Made by a program: the position numbers and the translations under genes. A model generated the notes under the pieces. That model was given only the letters and a program-made list of their open reading frames with translations, was not told the origin of the DNA and searched no databases. Source: Octopus sinensis (lineage: Eukaryota). From it: a stretch of DNA of 64,000 bases. The stretch spans positions 8,060,001 to 8,124,000 of the forward strand of contig NC_043021.1 in NCBI RefSeq assembly GCF_006345805.1. Reading direction: 5' to 3'. Position 1 is the first letter of the stretch. Every line of letters starts with the position of its first letter. This document shows, piece by piece, positions 49,861-61,860 of this stretch.

Positions 49861-49891
<31 letters not shown>

Positions 49892-50092
49892 TGCGTGTGT
49901 GTGTTTGTCCCTCTAGCATTGCTTGACAACCGATGCTGGTGTGTTTATGTCCCTGTTACTTAGCAGTTCGGCAAAGGAGACCGATAGAATAAGTACTGGG
50001 CTTACAAAAGAATAAGTCCCGGGGTCAAGTTGCTCGATTAAAGGCGGTGCTCCAGCATGGCCGAAGTCAAATGACTGAAACAAGTAAAAGAG
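49695..50092 (+). mobile_element. SINE A
   Basis: Near full-length copy. Confidence 0.9.
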
Positions 50093-50519
50093 CACTGTAC
50101 AGCGCAAACATTTGATGACTAAGTAACCCTTGGAAGATTACCATAAAAGCTCCGGTTTGTTGTATGGGACTGTCATTTGATGTTAAGTGCTACTCTCAGA
50201 AGTCTTATGTTCTGTCCAGTTTTCTTTCTAGCGCCTATTGCAATAATAATGCATGGTGACAATATTTAGCTGGTTTCCTGTCTTGTTAGTTCAAGACAGG
50301 AAACCAGCTGGATGAGGACTTCAGAATTTATTTAAATCAGTAATTCTCAACCATTGTTCTGCCAATGGATCCTTTTTGGCTACTGTTCTATTCTGGTGGA
50401 CCCCTAAAGCTATTCAATGTGTAAAAACTAGTTTTATAGAAGCAGATTATTTATCAAGAAATTATGGACCCCCTTATCCGTCATTTACAATGGGATAGTC
50501 TAGTCCATCACACAAATAT

Positions 50520-51690
50520 GTACAAGGTGGTATGTAAAAGTTCCCGGACTAGTTATGTTTAATGAAAAATAACCTATCATCATCATCCTTTAATGTCCGT
50601 TCTCCATGCTAGCATGGGTTGGACGGTTTGACCGGTGATCTGGGAAGCCAGAAGGCTGCACCATGCTCCAGTCTGATTTGGCAGTGTTTCTACAGCTGGA
50701 TGCTCTTCCTAACGCCAACCACTCCGAGAGTGTAGTGGGTGCTTTTACGAATCACCGCACTCACTACACTCTCGGAGTGGTTGGCGTTAGGAAGGGCCTA
50801 AATTTTAACATAAATCTCCTTTGAAATAGTCACTTTGCACAGCATTGCACTAGCACCAGCGTTCCTGCCACTTTTGGAATTTGGCCTGAAAGTTGTTTTC
50901 CGTTAGCGAGTCGAGGACCTTCTGTGATTCACTCTGGAGCTCAACAACAGTTTTAAAATGGTGACCTTTGAGCTGTACTTTTATCTTGGGGAAGAGACGG
51001 AAGACTGCAGGTGCTAAATCTGGTGAATAGGGCAGGTGCAGAAGCAATACCATGTTTTTGGCGAGAAACTCATGAGTGAGACATGGTAGATTGCTGCTGT
51101 AAAGAATCCAATTCTTCAGGCTCCACAGATCCAGTCACTTTCGCCAAATGTCCTCCCTTCATCCCTTAGCATTCAAACCGGTCATATCTGGCCAAAATAT
51201 TTAACCTGTTTTATATTGAAACTGACCAGTTCGGCACCTCTCACCTCAGCCCTACCATGTCATTCTAAAACTAAAAAATCACATCACTGAAATCTCTAAA
51301 CTACAAGATAATATGCATGATTAATTCAAAATAATATAAATTAACAAACATCACATTTGACAGAATAATCTGAACACTAAAGGGATAAACACTTCAAAAC
51401 TTCACAGTAGAACTCTTGACTGACAGTCTGGCCCTGGGAGATGAATTTTTGATGCACAATACCACATTTCTGCAGGGTAGATCTTCTAGATCATCTTCCA
51501 AGAGTGTCCTTCCGCTTTTGAAGCGCTCGTGCTACTTGAAACATTGTGTAAAACCCATTGCCTCATCACCATAAGCTTGTCGAAGCATGTTCAATGTCTC
51601 TGTAGCAGACGTCCCAAGTTTAACACAAAATTTCACTTTGGCTCTTTGTTCCTGTCCATGACAAAATTGCAGACTTACAGCATACACATA
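50520..51690 (-). mobile_element. internally deleted mariner with nested SINE C and MITE F
   Basis: N-terminal EQRAKVKFCVKLGTSATETLNMLRQAYGDEAM joined to C-terminal HLPYSPDLAPAVFRLFPKIKVQLKG; TIR-like end tacaaggtggtatgtaaaagttcccggact near 50520. Confidence 0.82.
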
Positions 51691-52084
51691 CTCTACTCTT
51701 TTACTTGTTTCAGTCATTTGACTGCGGCCATGCTGGAGCACCGCCTTTAATCGAGCAACTCGACCCGGGACTTATTCTTTTGTAAGCCCAGTACTTATTC
51801 TATCAGTCTCTTTTGCCGAACTGCTAAGTAACGGGGACATAAACACACCAGCATCGGTTGTCAAGCAATGCTAGGGGGACAAACACACACATGCATATAT
51901 ATATATATATATACATATATACGACGGGCTTCTTTCAGTTTCCGTCTACCAAATCCACTCACAAGGCTTTGGTCGGCCCGAGGCTATAGTAGAAGACACT
52001 TGCCCAAGGTGCCACACAGTGGGACTGAACCCGGAACCATGTGGTTGGTAAACAAGCTACTTACCACACAGCCACTCCTGCGCC
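51689..52084 (-). mobile_element. SINE A
   Basis: Full-length copy. Confidence 0.9.
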
Positions 52085-52258
52085 TATCACACATGATCAC
52101 AAAAACACAAACTTCACAACTTGTGAAGTAAACAGAGTGATGTCGCTCGACACACTGCCTCACGAAGGTCACTGCCAGCTCTCACTGCACACACAATCAT
52201 GTGCTGCCATCTGTTGGCATACTAAAGAACTAGTCTGGGAACTTTTAGACACCACCTT

Positions 52259-52294
<36 letters not shown>

Positions 52295-52539
52295 TGGTAT
52301 TCCGTCGGTTACAACGACGAGTGTTCCAGTTGATCCGATAAACGGAACAGCCTGCTCGTGAAATTAACGTGTAAGTGGCTGAGCACTCCACAGACATGTG
52401 TACCCTTAACGTAGTTCTCGGGGAGATTCAGCGTGATACAGAGTGTGACAAGGCTGTCCCTTTGAAATACAGGTACTATAGAAACATTGAATGTTCATCA
52501 TCTCACTTCCATTACACAGGAATTCATATGATTATTCAA

Positions 52540-52954
52540 GCAAAAAAAAGTTTTGTTTGTGATTTAAGGGCAATTTAGCTGTTGTTTCAGCATATCCCAC
52601 GACCACCTGATATCTTCCTCGTTTCTTTGTCACGCTGATGTTTTTTTTTTAATATATTTTCATTATAAACGCATATAATGGAATAATAATGCACCAGGGG
52701 TGGCCCATTGCCGGATTGAAGCAAAAAATTCGGACTGATTATACTTTAAACTCTGATTTTTAAAACATTCGAGGAAGAATGGAACTTTTAGGATTTAGGA
52801 GTAGGATGAGCGCTTAGTAAATTTTTTTTAATGATTTAAAAAAAAATATATCGTATGAATTCCCGCGTGTAGAACAAATTCACACTTTTCTGAAAATTCC
52901 AAAAATAAAAGAGTTACGCGGGATTATACGGAGTGCTTAAACCAGAATTCCGCC
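52540..52954. mobile_element. partial copy (right part) of the 3189-4439 family
   Basis: Shares gatttaaggg..atttagctgtt..accacctgata and the right TIR, ending CCAGAATTCCGCC at 52954. Confidence 0.7.
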
Positions 52955-53404
52955 TAAATTCCGCGGAAAATTTCATTGGAAATTATGAAAATTACGAGGA
53001 AACAAAATCACAGTGGGCTACATTTGTGTAAGTATGTCCTTAACCACACCCCAAATATAAGAGTCTCCCGGGAACTAAACTTATATCCAATTCTGGCGAA
53101 GGTAAAGAATACTTACACCCAGTGTTTAGGGTTAGGGTTACACCGAAAGCGAGTGGTGTGCGTATTCTTTACCTCCACCCCAATTCTTTCCTGTTAAATA
53201 CATTTAAAACTTGTGCTTCGTTCATAGCGGACAATCGGTAGGAAAATATTCAAGAATTGCGTTAGGTTTAATTATAGATGCAATTAATTTCTTGTATATG
53301 TATAAAATTTTGGACATATACAGAAGGAGGAAATGGAAACTAGTTCACTCAGTATCAGTTGAAGTCAATCGAGAATTTTCTTGTATAGAATATCTTAGAA
53401 TTAT

Positions 53405-53562
53405 AAAATTAAACTACGTTAAACAAACGAAATAAAAATTTATCAAGAAAGCCAAGTGAAAATAATGTTTTCTTTTGACACATTCTACCAGTATACGAAG
53501 TTTTAAAGTGTTTAGTTAACTAGAAATTAAGTTGAAATCTGGCCTTCAAAAGGAAAAGATGC
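53405..53562. mobile_element. right arm of the 42977-43576 fold-back family
   Basis: Near-identical to 43430-43576 (gacacattctaccagtatacgaagttttaaagtgtttagttaactagaaatt...ttcaaaaggaaaagat). Confidence 0.8.
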
Positions 53563-53638
53563 AAATTCCATTAGCAGTGAAGTGCTACATATGAATCAGA
53601 TATAGTATACAAAAAACATTTAATGAATAAAAGCAGAG

Positions 53639-53647
53639 AAAAAAAAA
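53639..53647 (-). terminator. Pol III oligo-T terminator of tRNA-iMet
   Basis: T9 run on the minus strand, 7 nt downstream of the tRNA 3' end. Confidence 0.8.
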
Positions 53648-53654
53648 TTACCGT

Positions 53655-53726
53655 TAGCAGAGCGTAGTTTCGATCTACGGACCTCTGGGTTATGGGCCCA
53701 GCACGCTTCCACTGCGCCACTCTGCT
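53655..53726 (-). tRNA. initiator tRNA-Met (CAT), intact
   Basis: Reverse complement is AGCAGAGTGGCGCAGTGGAAGCGTGCTGGGCCCATAACCCAGAGGTCCGTAGATCGAAACTACGCTCTGCTA (72 nt). It has A1:U72, three G:C pairs in the anticodon stem, an ATCG T-loop and a fully paired T-stem CGTAG/CTACG. Confidence 0.96.
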
Positions 53727-54335
53727 ACAACGATATCCGAGTGTCTAATTTAGCTATATATAGCCATTAAAGCTAATATCACTGTTTTGTCTAATAAAGC
53801 ACGTAGCATGATGGAGTTACATTATTTTCCATGATACCCGTTTTTACAGCAATGTGGTGAACACAAAGACATCGACATATTTAATGATTCGTTCCTTTAT
53901 AGTAAATACACACATGCAAGTTCCCATTTATACGTTTCCTCGCCTCTTTGTCTTCTAACGTTTCCGTACACACGTAGCTGTGATCTTTCAACCTTCGCTT
54001 TCCCTTTATGCCGACAAGTCAATTAAAATTGCTCAGTAATTAACGAAGTATGGAGCACTACTGCTTGCAGATGACGTCTCCGAAATCCTTTATGAAAATA
54101 TATATCAGTAAACACCAAAACAATAATTTAAAGTAATGCTGAAATTAATGTGTAAAATACGATCACAAAACAGTTTTGTTTGAATAAGTATGTCATCCCC
54201 CGCGACTTTTGTCTCATCACAACTTTCAGAAAAATGGATATTTTTTAATAAAATTTTCTACAAATATTTCTCAGATAGTATAGATGGTGATCTGTTACGA
54301 TTATACCGGAATTTAATGAGGAAAAAAAAAATTGA

Positions 54336-54490
54336 TGTGGTAAGTAGCTTGCTTACCAACCACATGGTTCCAGGTTCAGTCCCACTGCGTGGCACCTTGG
54401 GCAAGTGTCTTCCACTATAGTCTCGGGCCGACCAAAGCCTTGTGAGAGGATTTGGTAGACGGAAACTGAAAGAAGCCCGTCGTATATATG

Positions 54491-54550
<60 letters not shown>

Positions 54551-54760
54551 TGTGTCTGTTTGTCCTCCCAACATCGCTTGACAACCGATGATGGTGTGTT
54601 TACGTCCCCGTTACTTAGCGGTTCGGCAAAAAGAGACCGACAGAATAAGTACTAGGCTTACAAAGAATAAGTCCTGGGGTCGATTTGCTCGACTAAAGGC
54701 GGTGCTCCAGCATGGCCGCAGTCAAATGACTGAAACAAGTAAAAATAAGAAGAGAAAGAG
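54336..54760 (+). mobile_element. SINE A (slightly 5' truncated)
   Basis: Homology to family consensus. Confidence 0.88.
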
Positions 54761-55666
54761 ATGGGCGCGAAACACACATATACTGACTCATTACACATCA
54801 CAAATTTTGAAAAAAAAAAATTTGAAGTTTCGTTTTGTAGGCATGTAATGTGTATCGATATGAGTTCGAGCCCACCGATTTCTTTTGTTTGTTTTTTTTC
54901 GCTTTAGCCTCCTATATAATCGTAATTTACATAATTTGAAAGGTGTTTGTAGAAAATTACGTTAAAAAAACTTCTTTTTTTCTCTGAAAGTTATGAGGAA
55001 ACGGGAGTTCGTGATGGGGGATGGTCATATTTGTAGTTAATATTCTTAGGTTCCGAAATGAAGGGGAAAAAAAAACAAAAAAACTTTCGAAATTCAAAAA
55101 TAGCCTGATTTCTTTACGCACCTGAGCAATCATGTGCTCCTGGACGCGCGAAAGAACATTCTTTTCTAAAGGCGTTATAACCGTGACCATCACGTCTTAT
55201 AAAAACGTTTCAAATGCGACCATCCCGTCTTTTTTTTAAAGCGCTCCAAACGTAACTCTCTCACGTTTCAATTATATCCATTTAATATTTCTAATGTGTT
55301 CCATCCATGATTATCTCGCGTTCCAAATGTGGCCATCACGTCTTTTTTTAAAGCGCTCCAAACGTAACTCTCTCTAGTTTCAATCATATCCATTTAATAT
55401 TTCTAATGTGTTCCATCCATGATTATCTCGCGTTCCAAATGTGACCATCACGTCCTTCTCTTAAGTCCAGATTTCCATCACGTCACACTTTCCTATTAAA
55501 AACAAAAAAACACATTGGATAATGTACCCTGGGGCATATGCGATACACGAAAAGTCATAAACCAGGATGAATATAAGTAGAATGCTTTTTGGTAAAAGGT
55601 TTACAGCATCAGAGCCGATCTGGATTAACAACAAACTCATCCCAGCTAACGAAGAATTTTCTACAC

Positions 55667-56000
55667 CAGGGGTTCTCAACCATTTTTTATATACGGATCC
55701 CTTTGGTTGCTATTTTATTTTGGTGGAGTCCCCTTGCCATTCGATTATTTAAAAACTTCTTTTAAAATTCCTATTTTGTCTTTCACACATTAACTTGTGT
55801 GAGTTGAATTATGTAAAATGTTAGAGAAAGAACCCTAGCTATTCCTTGCAATACATATCACTACATACATCTAATGCAAATTTTTTTCAGGGCCCTTAGA
55901 ATACTATTGTGGATCCCCAATTTATTATCTTGTTGCGTGGACCTCTCAAAATCTTATATGGACCCTTAGGGTTTATATGGATCCCGGTTGAGAATCACTG
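55667..56000. mobile_element. hAT MITE
   Basis: Ends CAGGGGTTCTCAACC / GGTTGAGAATCACTG; TSD ttctacac/ctctatac (6/8); internal sequence homologous to 21790-22078 and a partial copy near 50337-50470. Confidence 0.75.
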
Positions 56001-56454
56001 CTCTATACGATCACTCGATCGCGTAGAAATAAAAAAATAGAGAAATCCGTCTGCAGAACACCTTCTAATTCATTAAAATTTGAATTGATCGGTCTATTGC
56101 ATTGTAGTTGTTATTGTTACAGGTGTTTAACCCCTGGTCAGCCTTGTTCCAGCGGAGCTCTGTGATAAAAAAGCATTCCAGTAACGATTTTACTGTTGTT
56201 TCTAGCAGACCACGTAGAGGATTCAGCATTACTTATGGAAGTGTCTCCTTCCCACCACCACCGCCGCCGCCTTTGTTTCCCCATGACTTTCTAAAAAAGT
56301 TATGTCGGGAAAAGTTCGGCATTTTTTTTTTAAGAATTTCGGATATTTTCCTGCTCCCCTCCCCGTCCGTTTCCGTTTCATTTTGCCCAGGAAAAATTCT
56401 CTGAACGAAATCTTTGTGCCAAGATAAGAACAATGTTCACACTTTAATAATTTT

Positions 56455-56497
56455 TGTAGTGGATTTGGTTGACGGAAACTGAAAGAAGCCCATCGTA

Positions 56498-56546
<49 letters not shown>

Positions 56547-57830
56547 TTGTGTGTCTGTGTTTGTCCCCCTCAACATCACTTGACAACCGATGCTGGTGTG
56601 TTTACGTCCCCGTTATCTAGCGGTTCGGCAAAAAGAAACCGATAGAATAAGTACTAGGCTTACAAAGAATAAGTCCTGAGGTCGATTTGCTCGACTATAA
56701 AGGCGGTGCTCCAGCATGGCCGCAGTCAAATGATTGAAACAAGTAAAAGAGTATGTACTTCTCTCATTATTATGCTGGCAAATTCGTATACTGGACAAAA
56801 TGCTTAGAGACATTTCTTCCGGCTTTGCATCCTGAGTTCAAATTCCGCCGAGGCCACCTTTGTCTTCCATCCTTTTTATAGTCCATAGAATAAGTACCAA
56901 TTTAGCTCTGGGGTCGATGTAATTGATTAACGTAGCTAGTATGTGTGCCTTCAGTTTGTTGCCCTCGGGCCCCAGAAAACATACATATTGCCTACAGCAG
57001 ATACAAATGTGGTGCCGCCTCCATAAAAATGTCACCCAGGGTGGACCGCTCCCCTCTAGCTTCACTAGTGATTGACTTACCCACTTTTTCTAAAAATTGC
57101 TGGCCTTGTGCCAAAATAAGAAATTATCATTAAACTGGCAAATTCAAGAGTTGGATAAAATACTTATTGGCGTTTCTCTGTAAATATACTGAGTTCAAAT
57201 GTCACTGAGATTGACTTTGCCTTTCTTCCTTTTGGGGTTACTCTTTTACTTGTTTCAGTCAATTGACTGCGGCCATGCTGGAGCACCGCCTTTATAGTCG
57301 AGCAAATCGACCCCAGGACTTATTCTTTGTAAGCCTAGTACTTATTCTATCGGTCTCTTTTGCCGAACTGCTAAGTTACGGGGACATAAACACACCACCA
57401 TTGGTTGTCAAGCAATGCTGGGGGGGGGGAAAAAAACACAAACGCACACACACACATATATATATATATCTTTTACTCTTTTACTTGTTTCAGTCATTTG
57501 ACTGCGGCCATGCTGGAGCACCGCCTTTAGTCGAGCAACTCGACCCCTGGACTTATTCTTTGTAAGCCCAGTACTTATTCTCTTTTGCCGAACCGCTAAG
57601 TGACGGGGACGTAAACACACCAGCATCAGTTGTCAAGCAATGCTAGGGGGACAAACACAGACACACAAACACATACACACTCACATATATATATATACAT
57701 ATATACGACGGGCTTCTTTCAGTTTCCGTCTACCAAATCCACTCACAAGGCATTGGTCAGCCTGAGGCTATAGTAGAAGACACTTGCCCAAGGTGCCACT
57801 CAGTGGAACTGAACCCGGGACCATGAAGGT
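56455..57830. mobile_element. SINE cluster: SINE A 56455-56752 (+), old SINE B 56760-57237 (+), SINE A 57238-57470 and 57472-57830 (-)
   Basis: Homology to the families defined in this window. Confidence 0.8.
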
Positions 57831-58044
57831 CGTACACAGATAAAGGTAGCTGCGGGCTGGATAGAAACATTAATGTGTATGAAAACGACAAAGATGGAAA
57901 AAAAAAATAATAATGGGAGGGGCACCAGTGCCCACCAACCGATAACCCCTCGATTTCCCTGTTCAATTCAAATCAATATAAATCAAAATTATAATCACAA
58001 AAATTCAAAAATTAAAATTTCAAATTAAAAAAATATATTTTTCA

Positions 58045-59312
58045 TTATTCTTCGTCTTCCTCATCCAGGCCCCCAAGTAAGTTTTCTGCCGCCTGCAGGG
58101 AAGCCTGCATCGGCAGGCCCGGACCGAGGGAAACAAAATCTTCTTTGTTACAGGTCTTCCTGACCTCAATCAGTTCTTTCTGATTTATGACCTCTGCAGC
58201 CACCTGCGGAGGCCAACTTGGACAGTCTATACAGGCCGAGTCATATCGCTTTCGGTCTAGTAAACTGTCCAAGTATAACTCAACAGGCCCTTCCTTGAGA
58301 TAGAAAATGACAACCTCTTCCTCACAGAGAGCGGTCTCATCCTGCTCTGTCAGAGGCACAATTCCCACTGACAGAGCCTCTCGCTCCGGTGGCACACGTC
58401 CCAGGTTCAGTTGGCAGCACAGCGACATCCGCTGAACGTCTCCTGTTTTTCTTCTTCCTCTTTTATCTTCTTCTTTTGGTTGCGGGAGTCGGGGCCTCAG
58501 GTGGCACATCAAAAGGGTCCTCCTCCTCTCCTGCAACCTGCACGTCTCCTGGTGAGCAACCACCGTTGCTCACCTTTCTCTTCCTTCTTATTGAGGTATC
58601 GACCTCAAAGACTTCCTCCATTACTCCCTGCAATGGGAGAGCAGAGGGCACCTTCCCTTTTTCCTGCTCCGGAGCCTTACCACAGCCCCGGGGGCAGTCC
58701 TTCTTGACATGGCCTGCTTCCGGCACAAGTGACACTTGGGAGGAGGGGGGCGACCCTCCAGAATCCCTGGATACATGGAGCCAGCCATCCTCAAAAAGTC
58801 GGGGAAGGTCATTTTGCCTGCGGCTACTGGGGTCCACAGGGTCAAAGTTGCCTTTGCACCCTCCCAGTTGACCGCAGGCGTCACTCTTACATTTAAGAGC
58901 CTGCTATCCCCCAGGATCTGTCGGATGGTATCTCCTATCCAATCTGCCTCTATGCCTGGGGGTAGCCCACATACCCAGGCTCTCATTACCTTCCTCCTGC
59001 AGTACGACGGGAGGAACAAAATTTCCTTTCCCTCCAAAGGCTGACTTGCAAAATTGCAATCCTCCTCTGTGGTGTTAAACAGCAACCACACCGTTGCATG
59101 CCTGACACCCCGGGATATATATTTTACAGGGGACAAATAGTCTTTTAATTCTTTTTCAATGGTTTGTTTAGGGAAGATGGTGATGGTATCAAGAACTTTA
59201 GAGTAAGTTCTAACCACCACCGTCCTCTTTCCATACCTTTTAACCACTGTTTGGGTGGGACAATCTCCCACTCCAAAGCAGTGGTCTTATTTTTTATCAT
59301 TTTATCTGCCAT
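58045..59312 (-). mobile_element. frameshifted non-LTR retrotransposon ORF1 (gag-like; CCHC zinc knuckle), L1/Tx1-like
   Basis: Three overlapping minus-strand frames (ORFs 58621-59271, 58463-58837, 58045-58563) join into about 420 aa. These include an RRM-like region (RAWVCGLPPGIEADWI), a knuckle C-H-L-C-R-E-A-G-H-V-K-K-D-C restored by one base, and basic then acidic low-complexity segments. Candidate ATG at 59312. Clade assignment is inference. Confidence 0.75.
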
Positions 59313-60540
59313 GCCGATAAAACACAGTTCAAACAAGGAAAAAAGTCACTCAACCAAAAACAACAAAAAGTCTTTGAACACAATAAAAATAAAAACACAG
59401 TTCAACTAAAATTGGAAGAAAAAAAATACTAGTCCAACTAAAATTGTTCAGCAAAAGGAAAGAAAGACAGCAGATCAGAAAAATAAATAAATATTGTACA
59501 ATTCTCCACGGTAGAAAATAAAATTTTCGAGCTACACGGTACTCCCAGCTCACTTGCAGCCTTCAAATCTCTTGATAATCCTTCTGGTAAAGTACTTCCA
59601 ATGTTTCCGGGTTCAAAACCACGCACAGCTTGCAAGCACCAATTTTTTCCTAAATAACTGTGGTGAAAATATTCACATTGAAGTTCTTCACTTGCTTGTT
59701 AACAAGCACAATCACAACACCGCCAAGAGTAAGGGGAAATGCCCCAGAGCTGGGCAGAATATACTGTAATAAAAATAAAACACACAATAATTCTACCTCA
59801 AAGACATACAGCATCTCGAAAGAGTCCAGAAGCTGGCTACCCGCATGGTTCATGGTCTCAAAAATTTGTCCTATGAAGAAAGGCTGAGGACGCTCGACCT
59901 TTATTCTCTAGAAAAATGCAGCCGCCGTGGTGATCTCATTCTCGCCCACAGCATCATAAGCGGAAAGTGTAACCTCTTGAAAGAGCTGTTCTTCACTCCT
60001 GCTCCAGAGCGTCGGCTGCGGGGTCATTCCGAAAAGCTCTACCTGCGACGATTTCATCTCAATTGAAGGAGAGGAGCTTTCTCCGTCCGGGTTGCGGATC
60101 CGTGGAACAAGCTGCCAGACAAGATGGTGAAGATGCTGACGACCGCTTTGTTCAAAGCCTCCCTTGACCTCAAGTGGCCTGAACTCTTTACATGAACACC
60201 ACCCTGTACTTAACTCCATGTCCACCTACATGGCCTTACTATTTGCTTTTGAGCCAAATTAACTAACTAACTAACTAACTACCCAGCTCAGAAACAACAA
60301 AACCGATTACCTTGACGGCAAACTTTTTCTTAATCCAAACTGGTTCCAAACTGGTAATCCACAAATTGTAAAGACAATTTTCACAGCCAACAAATTTTTG
60401 TGGAGGGGAAACACTTCCTCAAAAACAATTCTCACTGCAAAGTGAGTCTTTTCGCACGACCACAGGCAGGCAAATGTCTGGAGCAGAGTGGAGACTGTTG
60501 CTCAACAAAAATTATTAATAACAGAACAACAAAAACTCCA
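59313..60540 (-). mobile_element. probable 5' UTR of the ORF1 element, interrupted by a CR1 fragment
   Basis: T-rich, SINE-free sequence contiguous with the ORF1 start on both sides of the CR1 insert. The 5' boundary is not defined. Confidence 0.35.
59792..60280 (+). mobile_element. 5'-truncated CR1-clade LINE 3' end
   Basis: YLKDIQHLERVQKLATRMVHGLKNLSYEERLRTLDLYSLEKCSRRGDLI...LRGHSEKL...FSVRVADPWNKLP is typical of CR1 ORF2 C-termini, followed by a 3' UTR and (TAAC)n tail. Confidence 0.88.
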
Positions 60541-60667
60541 CTAGTCCCCTAAAAATAAAACAAACGCCTACATGTAGTCGAGCTTTAAACGTTCAATATT
60601 TCATGTCGAAAGCAAGCTACTTACCACACGGCCACTCCTGCGCCTATAAAGAAATAAAATTTAAAGT

Positions 60668-60740
60668 TGGAGAATTCGGGATTCGATCCCAGTACCTCTC
60701 GCATGCTAAGTGAGTGTTCTACCATCTGAGTTAATTCCCC
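60668..60740 (-). pseudogene. tRNA-Ala(AGC) pseudogene
   Basis: Reverse complement is GGGGAATTAACTCAGATGGTAGAACACTCACTTAGCATGCGAGAGGTACTGGGATCGAATCCCGAATTCTCCA (73 nt). Ala-AGC scaffold with AGC anticodon, but the D-stem (ACTC/GAAC), anticodon stem (A.C) and T-stem (C.A) are mispaired by transitions. Confidence 0.8.
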
Positions 60741-60754
60741 AGCTCAGCATATTC

Positions 60755-60989
60755 TTTTACTTTTCTTTTACTTGTTTCAGTCATTTGTCTGCGGCCATGC
60801 TGGAGCACCGCCTTTAGTTGAGCAAATCGACCCCAGGACTTATTCTTTGTATGCCTAGTACTTATTCTATCAGTCTCTTTTGCCGAACTGCTAAGTTACG
60901 GGGATGTAAACACATCAGCATCGGTTGTCAAGCGATGCTGGGGTGGACAAACACAGACACAAACATATACACACACACACATATATACA

Positions 60990-61028
<39 letters not shown>

Positions 61029-61349
61029 GACGGGCTTCTTTCTGTTTCTGCCTACCAAATCCACCCATGAGGCTTTGGTTGGCCTGAGGCTATAGCAGAA
61101 GACACTTGCTCAAGGTGCCATGCAGTGGGACTGAACCCGGAACCATGTGGCTGGTAAGCAAGCTACTTACCACACATGATTAATTCAAAACAATGGGAAT
61201 AAATAAGCATTACATTTGACAGAGTAATCTGAATGCTCAAGGGCTAAAAAAAAATATGTATTTTCAATAAAGTTATGGAGAAACGATGCTGGAAAAGCAA
61301 ATTTTGGAGTGAGTGAATGAGTCAGTGAGCAAGTATGTATGTATGCGTG

Positions 61350-61380
<31 letters not shown>

Positions 61381-61581
61381 TGTGTGTGTGTGTGCAGGTG
61401 TGTGTGTGTGCAGGCGTGGCTGTGTGATAAGAAACTTGCTTTTTAATCACATAGTTCCAGGTTCAGTCCCACTGTGTGGCACCTTGGGTAATTATCTTCT
61501 TCTATAGCCTCAGGCTGACCAAAGCCTTCTGAGTGGATTTGGTAGACAGAAACTGAAGAAGCCTATCATACATACATATAC

Positions 61582-61653
<72 letters not shown>

Positions 61654-61860
61654 ATCTGTGGTTGTACCCTTTCTACTGCTTGACAACCAGTCTTGGTATG
61701 TTTACATTTCCATAACTTATCAATTCAACAAAAGAGACCAACAGAATAAGTACTAGGCTTAAGAAATAAGACCTGGGATCAATTTGTTTGACTAAAACTC
61801 TTCAGGGTGGTGCTCCAGTATGGCTGCAGCCAAATGACTGAAACAAGTAAAAGGATAAAA
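60755..61860. mobile_element. SINE A 60755-61175 (-) and older SINE A 61412-61860 (+)
   Basis: Homology to family consensus. Confidence 0.82.

Noticed and set aside
1135-57626. Many recurring 60-160-aa ORFs (FQSFDCGHAGAPP..., MSSNARGTNT..., FKFRRGRLCLSSFRGR...)
   Set aside because: All are translations of SINE A, B, C or D copies, not a protein family.
58389-59044. Plus-strand ORFs of 98-160 aa
   Set aside because: Antisense shadows of the GC-richer ORF1 on the minus strand.
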